The position numbers and the translations under genes are program-made. DNA of 64,000 nucleotides. It comes from Pseudomonadota bacterium (GTDB lineage: Bacteria > Pseudomonadota > Gammaproteobacteria > Xanthomonadales > SZUA-38). The notes under the pieces were generated by a model. The model ran no database searches. It saw only the letters and a list, made by a program, of their open reading frames with translations, and was not told where the DNA came from. Within the stretch, counting starts at the first letter, position 1, and each line of letters begins with the position of its first letter. Shown one piece after another: positions 39,101 to 46,235 of this stretch. Where the stretch lies: positions 19,616 to 83,615 of the forward strand of contig JBCDKA010000002.1 in the NCBI GenBank assembly GCA_038747195.1, written 5' to 3'.

Positions 39101-40062
39101 TGGCGCTGGCGGCGCTTAACCTCCAGGGCTACGGGCCTGACGGGATCACCTGCAATGATCCGAGCTGCGACGATGTGTACTACATGACGAGCGGATCCTC
39201 CACCGGCTCCGACGCGGGCACCAACCTGACTAACGTTGAATTTGCGATCACCAGTTTTGGCGTCGACAACGCCGAAGACTTGACGGTTTATCTGGTTGCG
39301 CCCAAGTCCGGTGCTGGCTACCGTCTGAACAACACCGAAATCCTCGACGCAGCAACGCTGGACGGGTGGCTCGATACCGCTCAGGCGACGTTGCCCGGCG
39401 TATTGACGGTGATTGTTGATGCTGATGACGCGCAGACCTTTATGCAGGGTATTGCCCCAGATGGTGGACAGACGCGTTTTCTGGTGGCGAGCACGGACGT
39501 CGACGAAAATGCGAGCTTTGAGCTGGGCGGCGAGGTGTCCTTCTCTCGCTTCTTTTGGAATCAGACGCTGAATGGCGCGCGCCTGCGCCAGGCGTTTCAG
39601 GTCGCGCGTCGGGCGATCAATCTGACACAAAACGCCCAGCTCGACGTGGATGGCAACGGCGTGCCGAATCAGATTACCGATGCGCTGGTCGTCGACGATT
39701 ACTTCATCGGCTCCGGCGTGGCCCTGGCTGGTGATGACCCCTTTGTTTCCGAGGTGATGGTCAACGCTGAGCTGGTCAGCGATTTTGAATCCATCACTGC
39801 TACCGGCGTCACCTCTACCGGCTCGATCGATCGGGTGGTTGCGATTGTGGCCCAGCCGGATGGTGCGCTGGTGACCCAGCCGTTAGCGACGGTCGGCGAC
39901 GCTTTCTCCGACCGCAGCTTTGGGCTGTGCGGTCCCGCCGGAAGTTATGGTGTTGCGGTGCATGCCATCGACGCCGAGGGCAACGTATCGCTTCCAGCTG
40001 AGGCGACGGTGAACCGCGCCACGGACTGCGCAGACTTTCAGTTTGCCTCCGGGTTCGAGTAA
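36199..40062 (+). CDS. Exported NHL-repeat propeller protein with tandem [C13 legumain-like module + Ig-like domain] x2
   Basis: Signal peptide MPRLRFVSLFVFLLGPSLLHA. More than 12 NHL repeats (G.G.GQF..P.G[IV]A.D..G..YV[AT]D..N.R[IV]Q.F). First C13-like module: YLVDHGG (His codon 38260..38262) and IYDACQSGSF (Cys codon 38386..38388). The 42-residue spacing compares with 41 in human legumain (FTDHGS ... IEACESGSM). The second module has VAPKSG / VDADDAQTF at the equivalent positions. Terminal FQFASGFE. Confidence 0.85.
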   Translation: MPRLRFVSLFVFLLGPSLLHAGESIQFRFEQALPTLQQPWFFGLRGGIAVDEDNFVYVTERDTEVIRKFNRSGLLVTSWGRRGTGDGEFAGPHDVALSDDDRVYITDEFNHRVQIFTRDGVYLAQFGAFGSGDGQLNRPTGVAQHQGFVYVADSENFRIQKFTSDGDYVGQWGSEGSGNGQFQRPEDIAISRTGFVYVIDQARPFINYENTRVQYFDTEGNFIGTWGSTGTGLGQFQELVAIEVDQFGVVFTLDEDGRIQRFTPDGLGVSQFTMDPDELPINRPSGIAKAPDGRIYVRDVSRVSQFLPTGQFADRWGSLGDELGQFNFPLGIAAQANGNLLVSNIFNNRVQVFTPEGMPLSSFGGPGSPGELIGPGQIAVSAQGDIYLSELTSSRVSVFDENFNFIRRIGSFGSGNGEFDLPRGVGIDSQGFVYVADGNNHRVQKFTPDGTYVDQWGVRGSENGNFERPNSLVVGPGDLIYVADRDLDRIQIFESDGTFVSVFGESGTGPGQFNIPESMAFDSFGFLYVADVFNDRYQAFTANGEYVGKYDMPGVAPGSLTRPGGIYFDNSQRVFMVDGRNNRLQRFSRVELLPDSKVVVVAGGGPYPGNPLWDATQVNANFAYRTLAVQGFTDDLIYYLTPNLDLDLDQNGNSDEVDGVPTAQALREGILGSFGADADNLTLYLVDHGGDKTFRLTENEILSSSELDSWLDEWQATRPNGNVTLIYDACQSGSFLDELRDPNRILIASAGAEEAAYFVSQGSLSFSNRFWSQIFNGATLGEAYDLASQATSTAFPLQNPLLDADGDGSFNTAADLAAIENLVIGAGTEVDGNAPVITSVSPVQNPTASTATIEANGVTDADGIARVWAVLRPPGFAPDSADNPVQDLPTVELTQQPGTADYQAEFSDFTIAGTYDISIEAQDRIGNTAIPRLTQVVVGTPVRRRAVIIGGGDPSAPEFANLKTNSDLALAALNLQGYGPDGITCNDPSCDDVYYMTSGSSTGSDAGTNLTNVEFAITSFGVDNAEDLTVYLVAPKSGAGYRLNNTEILDAATLDGWLDTAQATLPGVLTVIVDADDAQTFMQGIAPDGGQTRFLVASTDVDENASFELGGEVSFSRFFWNQTLNGARLRQAFQVARRAINLTQNAQLDVDGNGVPNQITDALVVDDYFIGSGVALAGDDPFVSEVMVNAELVSDFESITATGVTSTGSIDRVVAIVAQPDGALVTQPLATVGDAFSDRSFGLCGPAGSYGVAVHAIDAEGNVSLPAEATVNRATDCADFQFASGFE

Positions 40063-40194
40063 GGCGGGTATGGCGCTAGCTTGTCGGTGATAAGGACAGG
40101 TGCCGCCGGTTTTCCTCCGTGGTGGAACCGCCTAACATACCGTCGGTCCAGCAACCGGAAGCCCTTGATCGTGAGTTTCACCACACCCAATCTG

Positions 40195-40740
40195 ATGCGG
40201 CTCGATCTGCAGGAGTCGCTGAAGAACAGCACCATTGAGCTTAGTGACCTGAGCCCGTTTCAACGGGTACTGCTGACGACCGACGGCATGGTGACGGAGA
40301 TCCTGGAGGCCTACACGTGGGAACGCGTCACGGTCAGCAAGCTGCTTCAGGACCAGGTGGCTGCCGATGAGCCGATCGCCGAACTGAACCTGGAGCCGGG
40401 GGAAACCCTGCTGCGCCGAACCATTCTGCTGCACGGCACCAAAAGCCAAAGAAACCACATCTACGCTCATTCGCTGCTGTGCGTTGACCGGCTCGACGAC
40501 AAAATCCGCGATGGACTGATGAACAGCGCTAAACCGATTGGTCTGCTGATCCAGGAAAACCAGCTGGAGACCTTCCGCGAGGTTTTAGTTTGCGAAAAGC
40601 ACGCCGCCGCAGAGCTGGCTGAGCATTTCGACGTAGAGCCGGAATCCAGCCTGATCTCCCGCACCTACCGCGTTTTTGCCTACGGGTTGCCTATTATGCT
40701 GATCACCGAGAAGTTTCCTGAGGGGTCCTTCCGGATTTAG
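40195..40740 (+). CDS. Chorismate-lyase-fold (DUF98/UbiC-like) family protein
   Basis: FQRVLLTTDGMVTEILEAYT...LLRRTILLHG...IYAHSLL...PIGLLI...FREV...RTYRVF matches the DUF98/chorismate pyruvate-lyase-like pattern. Start is ATG 40195 or GTG 40171. Confidence 0.6.
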   Translation: MRLDLQESLKNSTIELSDLSPFQRVLLTTDGMVTEILEAYTWERVTVSKLLQDQVAADEPIAELNLEPGETLLRRTILLHGTKSQRNHIYAHSLLCVDRLDDKIRDGLMNSAKPIGLLIQENQLETFREVLVCEKHAAAELAEHFDVEPESSLISRTYRVFAYGLPIMLITEKFPEGSFRI

Positions 40741-40921
40741 CCCGTTGCGGGCGGCGACCACTCGTGTTCATGAGCCGCACCGTGACCCGTCTTGGTGACC
40801 AATTGCGCTTCGATAAGATAGCGGGACGGCAAATGGCTGCGGTTGTGTATCGTCGAGGATTCCTGGGTTGAATCCTGTGGCCGATGCTATCAATCCGCTC
40901 TTGCACTCAGGAGACTCCGGT

Positions 40922-42379
40922 ATGCGCACAATAACAACCCTAATAACGCTACTCAGTTTGTTCGCCGGCAGCGCCTCGGCGCAGCTAGAGTTCGGCGCCA
41001 ACGATTTTCGGATCACCACGTTTGGGCCGGACGGCACCAACGCCTTTGGCGCAATTCGCCCGGAGATCGCCTACAACAGCAGCGCCGATGAGTATCTGGT
41101 GATCTTCATCGCCAATACGGACCAGGGGCCAACAGCTCCGTCGGAGGTGGAGCTTTGGGGGCAGCGGGTGGGGCCTGACGGAAGCCTTTTGGGCCGGCCA
41201 ACGCTGCTGACCGATGTCGGCGGCATCGGCGCGGTCGGCGCAACACCGAACTTCTACCGCGTCATCTACGTGCCCTCAAGAAACGGCTATTTTGTGAGCT
41301 ACAGCGCCGCTGACTCGGATTTCGGGGATACCACTTTCAGGGTTTATGGGCTGTTTTTAACCGCTGCCGGCGCGCCGGACGGCGCGGCGTTTCAGCCGAC
41401 GTCGGGTGGCACCACCGTTACCAACCAGCGCGGTGAGTTTTCTCCGGACATCGTCTACAACTCAGTCGATGACAACATTCTGCTCGCCTGGGAGCGCAGC
41501 ACGGACGCGGCAGAGGCGGCGATCTTTGCCCGTCTGCTGTCGGCCAGCGACGGCAGCCCCGAAAGCGCAGAGATCCAGGTGGATTCTGTGAACGTCTTTT
41601 CGGTGGACGTTGCGGTTGCCCATAACGCCTCGGACAACGAATTCCTGGTGCACTGGCGACGCGGTTTCAGCCAGTCGACGATGTTTCAGATCCTCGACGA
41701 TGCGGCGCAGCCTCAGCTGATGGCGGATCGGGAGCTCGCCAGCCCTGGATACTTCTCGGGCAAAAGCAGCGTCGCGTTCGATCCCGACGCGCAGCAGTAC
41801 CTGGTCGTATGGGTCAACTCTGATCCGGCCCTGGGAACGGTGGAAGGGGCGTACGAGATCTTTGGCCGTCGCGTCGCTGCCGGCGGCGATCTGCTGGGAA
41901 CGGATAAGTTTCGAATCAGCCAGTCAGACGGCCTCGATACGCTGGCTTTTGGTGCCAACGTGGACTGTGGCCCCAACAACCCGTGTCTGGGGACCGCTCG
42001 ACCAGGTATCGACTACTCGAATTTCGAGGATGCCTTCGTCGTTTCCTGGAGCAGCACGCTGCTCCAGACTGACCCTGCCGAGATGCAGACCAACCAGCTC
42101 GACAGCCTGGTCAGGCGCATCGCCTCCGGGCAGGACGCCGACCCGGCAAGCCCGCAGGTGCAGATCAGCAATGCGGGCGGCCAGGAGTTGGGCTTCTTTG
42201 GCGTTCACGCGGTTATCGCTGCCGGTGCCGGCGGTCGGTATCTGGCGACCTGGTGGGGTGACGACAACCGCAACGGGGGAAGTCAGTCGGAAACCGAGGT
42301 CTGGGGACAGGTGCTGCTGGCCAACTCGCTGCGCGATGTTTTCGTAGATAGCTTCGAGAGCCCTCCGCCCGGACGCTAA
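40922..42379 (+). CDS. Exported hypothetical protein with about seven degenerate internal repeats (propeller-like)
   Basis: Signal peptide MRTITTLITLLSLFAGSASA with AGGAGA upstream. Repeat pattern P.I.YN...[DN].[FY]LV.W.....E[IV][FW]G[QR]RV...G.LLG recurs. Terminal VFVDSFESPPPGR. Confidence 0.75.
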   Translation: MRTITTLITLLSLFAGSASAQLEFGANDFRITTFGPDGTNAFGAIRPEIAYNSSADEYLVIFIANTDQGPTAPSEVELWGQRVGPDGSLLGRPTLLTDVGGIGAVGATPNFYRVIYVPSRNGYFVSYSAADSDFGDTTFRVYGLFLTAAGAPDGAAFQPTSGGTTVTNQRGEFSPDIVYNSVDDNILLAWERSTDAAEAAIFARLLSASDGSPESAEIQVDSVNVFSVDVAVAHNASDNEFLVHWRRGFSQSTMFQILDDAAQPQLMADRELASPGYFSGKSSVAFDPDAQQYLVVWVNSDPALGTVEGAYEIFGRRVAAGGDLLGTDKFRISQSDGLDTLAFGANVDCGPNNPCLGTARPGIDYSNFEDAFVVSWSSTLLQTDPAEMQTNQLDSLVRRIASGQDADPASPQVQISNAGGQELGFFGVHAVIAAGAGGRYLATWWGDDNRNGGSQSETEVWGQVLLANSLRDVFVDSFESPPPGR

Positions 42380-42404
42380 AGTCGAAAAGACGGGCTATCG
42401 CGAG

Positions 42405-42776
42405 CTATTCGGCAATCAAAAAGTATTCGCGCAGGCCTGGCATGGCCAGCGATACCTTCATGCCGTCGTGCGCACCGCCCAGCACGCGACCCTCTGGCCA
42501 TTCGTCGATACCGCGTGTGAGGGTGTTGTCACCTCGCACGAGAGCCACGGTGATTTGTGTTCCTGCAGCCAGCGCGATGACCTGTGACGGCCGCGCTTTG
42601 CCGGCACCGGGCCGATAGCTGCTGACGAGCTCAGTCCGTTTACCCCACGTGACGGCAAACAGGGTCGTGCGGGACTGATAAAGGTTCCCGACTTGAAAAC
42701 CGTTTTCCTGGCCGCTGTGACGGGTCGTGGCGCAGGCTGCCAGCGTCAGGCACATCAGTATCATCAGTCGGCGCAT
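42405..42776 (-). CDS. Small lipoprotein, hypothetical
   Basis: MRRLMILMCLTLAACATT lipobox. The ATG at 42776 is separated from the upstream gene's stop codon (42778..42780) by a single nucleotide. Track ORF 42405..43070 is an over-extension. Confidence 0.65.
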   Translation of the reverse strand: MRRLMILMCLTLAACATTRHSGQENGFQVGNLYQSRTTLFAVTWGKRTELVSSYRPGAGKARPSQVIALAAGTQITVALVRGDNTLTRGIDEWPEGRVLGGAHDGMKVSLAMPGLREYFLIAE

Positions 42777-42777
42777 G

Positions 42778-43497
42778 TCATTCAAAGCCTCTTCTAAGCA
42801 GATGCATCGCAATGTTGGTGCCCTGGCTGTGAGCGAGGATGACCAGGTCGTTACTCGCGTCGCTGAGCCATGTGGCCAGCGTCGAAATGGGTGCCGGCGC
42901 AATCTCTCCGGTCTCCCGCCAGAGGTATCGCTTGATGTTGCTACCGGGTCGGGGCACCAGGACGCGGGTAACAATCTTCGGCTGCGGCACAGCAAATCCG
43001 CTGAAGTCGTGGCCTTGACCAAAGCCACTGCCAACATCGTTTTCCACCGGCCAAACCTGGCCGCCGCCACGCTCGAAACGCCGCCAGTACGTCAAGGAAT
43101 CCGGGCGAATCAGGCTCTGGTTCGGCACTTGATCTCGGGGGCTCCAGTAAACTTCAACACATAGGCCGGCACCCTGAGGGGGTTCGGTGGTGGTCTTTGG
43201 CGCAACCAGCATCACGCGAACGGTTTTTCCCCGAAGACTGCCACGAGCAACCACCGGCCAGCCGCCGCCATGTTCAGCGATGTCTTTGGCTTCGCCATCC
43301 AATAGATCTTCGGAGTCCAGCGTGACCACGTTTCTCGCCTTCGGATAGGCGCTGGTGGTTCCCAGCCGGCTGGCGTAGCGACGGGTGGGTGAAAAGCTCT
43401 GAAGGTGGGGCTGAACAAAGTCCCAGACATAGTCGACATATTCGCCGGTCTGCGGGTTCAGCGGGCTGTTGATACCAGCTAGCGTCCAGAATTCCAT
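42778..43497 (-). CDS. Hypothetical protein with C-terminal AHSQG nucleophile-elbow-like motif
   Basis: No signal peptide (MEFWTLAGINSPLNP). AAGGA lies 9 nt before the ATG and composition is coding-like. VILAHSQGTNIAMHLL sits only about 14 aa from the C-terminus. Ends RRGFE. Confidence 0.6.
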   Translation of the reverse strand: MEFWTLAGINSPLNPQTGEYVDYVWDFVQPHLQSFSPTRRYASRLGTTSAYPKARNVVTLDSEDLLDGEAKDIAEHGGGWPVVARGSLRGKTVRVMLVAPKTTTEPPQGAGLCVEVYWSPRDQVPNQSLIRPDSLTYWRRFERGGGQVWPVENDVGSGFGQGHDFSGFAVPQPKIVTRVLVPRPGSNIKRYLWRETGEIAPAPISTLATWLSDASNDLVILAHSQGTNIAMHLLRRGFE

Positions 43498-43788
43498 GGT
43501 TTTTGTCCTTTGGGCACCGGGTGGCGGCCATGTTCACATCCTGAAGATGAATCCGGTCGGCCAGACTCGCCGCCGCAATCGCTAACCCAGGCGCAACCGC
43601 CGACATGATCAGCGTAACACCGGTTTGCCGGGTGGCACCCAAAGCCCGGTGGCCAGCAGCCCAATCGCGACTGCGTCGACAAAAACTCATCGCGGCGCAG
43701 CGCGTGTACCACTCGCGGCTTTTGCCCTAGTGCGTGTCGTTTTTCTCGACCAATTGCGTAGTCAACAGGAGCAATGCAAGGAGCGAGC

Positions 43789-45516
43789 ATGGTGAGTATT
43801 CGATTGGTCATAGTTCTGATAGTGCTCTCAGGACTGGGCACCCCGCGGGTATCGATGGCTGGGAGCAAAGGGTTTGTCCTGCCGCCAGCGACCCTTCGTG
43901 TCGGCTCCGACCCCGCATGTGATTTTTCCTCGCTGGGAGACGCGCTAGATGCGGCCGCCGACCGCGATTTGATCCTGGTCAATAGCGGGACCAATTTTCT
44001 GACCAACGGTTTCGAAATCAATGAGAAGAGCCTGACGCTGATCGGCGGCTACCCCAGCTGCACGGCGGATGAGTCCGATCCCGACGCCCGGAGCGCGATG
44101 TCGGGAGTGGCCCTCAGCTCCGTGTTGGAGATTCAAAACGCGACGGCGACGCAAAGAACCGTTGTCGTTCGAAATTTTGTGATTCGCGGCGGCCGCTCAG
44201 ATCAGACAGGAGGCGGCGGTATCGATATCCGCGAAAACGTTCGGGTACGCCTCGATAACGTCTGGGTGCAAGAAAACGAGTCGACCACCGGCGGCGGGAT
44301 CAGCATCCGTGGCTTAGGGTTTCCTGCCTCACTGCGCCTGGAAGGTGGGACGCGCGTGGGCCTGGCTTCGGAGATGTTCGGCAATACGGCCTCCGAGGAG
44401 GGCGGGGGCATTTTCTGCCGCCGTGCCGCGATCGAGTGGGTGGACGCCACCATCGAATGGAATGCGGCTGAGGAAGGCGGGGGACTCTATGCGTTTGAGT
44501 GTCAGGTAACGACGCCACCGATTACCGATGATGGGCCCGCGCAAATCGTGGGGGCGCTCAACAACACGGCGGCCTCTATCGGCGGCGGGATCTCGCTCCG
44601 CAGCATCGGAGTCGGGGAGTCGTCCATCCAGCTGAGTAGTTCTCCCCAGCGGCAGATTCTCATCTCCGGCAATAGCGCTGGCGGGGACGGCGGCGGCGTG
44701 GCGCTCTCCGAATCGAGTTTCATTGGAGACGGCATCGCGATCGTCGACAATCAATCGGGAAATTCCGGTGGGGGTGTCCGGGTCTTTAGCTCGATTTTTG
44801 ATCTGGATCGAGGTGACGGTGGGACCTGTGCCAACCTGCAAAGATGTTCGCAGATCAGCGGCAACACCGCCGAGACGAGCGCTGGTGCCGTGTATGTGCT
44901 GTCGGGTACAGCCGATCTTCGCCAGACGTTCATCGACAACAACGAATCGGATCGCGCTCCGGTGATCCTGGCGACGGGTAGTGATTCGATGGTGGTTATG
45001 CGGAGCGTACAAATCTCTGGCAACGTGGAAACTGGATTGGTCAACTCAACGCTGATGTTCGGTTCCATGTCGGTGTTCGACATGAACTTTGTGACGGTGA
45101 CTGGCAACACGTCGGACAGGGTTATCGAGCTGATCAACAACTCGTCGCTGGCGGTGAGCAACAGCATCTGGTGGGAGCCGGCCATGGAACTGGTCGTCGG
45201 TGACGAATCCAGCGGGACGGCCAGCGCCTGCATGAACGCCAGCGACGACAGCAGCTTATCTGCCGATACCCGCGACCCGGAATTCGAAATTATTGTCCAG
45301 AACGGTCAGACCCCAATTTACGCGCTCGCCGACACCTCACCCAATGTGGACGCCTGCGCGGGGGTCGCCATGAAAGGTATGGGCCTGTCGGTGGACGCCC
45401 TCGGTGAGTCGCGCTTTGTCGATCAGCCGGACATCGCCAACGGTCCCGGATTTCAGGATCGCGGCGCCTTCGAACTTCAGCTGCCGCTGCTGTCCGACGG
45501 CTTCGAGGATCCCTGA
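43789..45516 (+). CDS. Exported right-handed beta-helix protein (polymorphic-membrane-protein-like GGG[IVL] rungs)
   Basis: AAGGAG lies 5 nt before ATG 43789 (track start 43774). Signal peptide MVSIRLVIVLIVLSGLG. Repeated GGGI/GGGL/GGGV/AGAVY rungs, QDRGAFE, terminal LLSDGFEDP. Confidence 0.8.
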   Translation: MVSIRLVIVLIVLSGLGTPRVSMAGSKGFVLPPATLRVGSDPACDFSSLGDALDAAADRDLILVNSGTNFLTNGFEINEKSLTLIGGYPSCTADESDPDARSAMSGVALSSVLEIQNATATQRTVVVRNFVIRGGRSDQTGGGGIDIRENVRVRLDNVWVQENESTTGGGISIRGLGFPASLRLEGGTRVGLASEMFGNTASEEGGGIFCRRAAIEWVDATIEWNAAEEGGGLYAFECQVTTPPITDDGPAQIVGALNNTAASIGGGISLRSIGVGESSIQLSSSPQRQILISGNSAGGDGGGVALSESSFIGDGIAIVDNQSGNSGGGVRVFSSIFDLDRGDGGTCANLQRCSQISGNTAETSAGAVYVLSGTADLRQTFIDNNESDRAPVILATGSDSMVVMRSVQISGNVETGLVNSTLMFGSMSVFDMNFVTVTGNTSDRVIELINNSSLAVSNSIWWEPAMELVVGDESSGTASACMNASDDSSLSADTRDPEFEIIVQNGQTPIYALADTSPNVDACAGVAMKGMGLSVDALGESRFVDQPDIANGPGFQDRGAFELQLPLLSDGFEDP

Positions 45517-45578
45517 CGCCCGAGCTGCGTTACGCCGTCTGCTAGCCGGAAGATTGGCAGCGCCAATGTCACAGCGCG

Positions 45579-46235
45579 TTGAGTTTCCCCGCCAGTTTTG
45601 ATTGCATACCCGCAGTAGCAGGCAATCCAAGGTGGCGCGGTCCGGTGTCAATCGACAAACCAACGCCCTCAGAATCCGAGCAGCCGGGAATCACGACGAC
45701 GGCGCTTCTCGATCGAGCGAACAGCGGGGACGAGGCGGCGCGCGACGCGCTGTTCCAGCGCGTGCTCCCCATGTTGCGCCGCTTCGCGCGCGGCCGTTTG
45801 CCCGCCTGGGGCAGAGACTCCGCCGAAACCGAGGATCTTGTGCAGATCACGCTGCTTCGCGCGTTTAAACGTCTGGGCGACTTTAAGGCTGAGCGCCCTG
45901 GTGCGTTCCTGTCGTATCTGCGCACCATCATGATGAACGCGGTACGCGACGAAATCCGCAAAAAGGGCCGTCGACCGCATAGCACCTCTTCGGTCGAAGA
46001 AGCGGTGATCGACCCGGAGAGCGTCGTGGCGAACGTAGTCGGCATGGAGACAATCGATGCGTATGAAGGGGCGATGGCCGAGCTCAACGAAGGCCGGCGT
46101 GAGGCGGTGATGATGCACGTAGAGTTTGGGATGACTTACGCAGAGGTGGCCCTGGAGCTTGGGCTGCCGTCAGCCAACGCCGCCCGCATGAGAATCAAGC
46201 GGGGGCTGGAGGAAGTGGCCAGGCTGATGCCCTGA
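45579..46235 (+). CDS. ECF-type sigma-70 family factor
   Basis: Region 2 (EDLVQITLLRAFKRLGDFK...FLSYLRTIMMNAVRDEIRK) and region 4 (EAVMMHVEFGMTYAEVALELGLPSANAARMRIKRGL). Start uncertain: TTG 45579 in the track, GTG 45645 is an alternative. The stop TGA overlaps the kinase ATG (TGATG, 46233..46237). Confidence 0.8.
   Translation: MSFPASFDCIPAVAGNPRWRGPVSIDKPTPSESEQPGITTTALLDRANSGDEAARDALFQRVLPMLRRFARGRLPAWGRDSAETEDLVQITLLRAFKRLGDFKAERPGAFLSYLRTIMMNAVRDEIRKKGRRPHSTSSVEEAVIDPESVVANVVGMETIDAYEGAMAELNEGRREAVMMHVEFGMTYAEVALELGLPSANAARMRIKRGLEEVARLMP

Noticed and set aside
38572-39630. 352-aa minus-strand ORF inside the NHL/C13 gene
   Set aside because: Antisense shadow ORF with no signal, no motifs and Arg-rich low-complexity translation.
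43479-44021. 180-aa minus-strand ORF (and 43274..43690) in and around the divergent intergenic region
   Set aside because: It overlaps the 5' end of the beta-helix gene and the upstream hypothetical gene, and has no motifs and no SD. It is probably non-coding promoter DNA.
45553-45567. Palindrome ATTGGC-AGC-GCCAAT upstream of the ECF sigma gene
   Set aside because: It is real in the sequence but short. I could find neither a convincing ECF-type -35/-10 (GGAAC...CGT) nor a cognate regulator, so no function is assigned.
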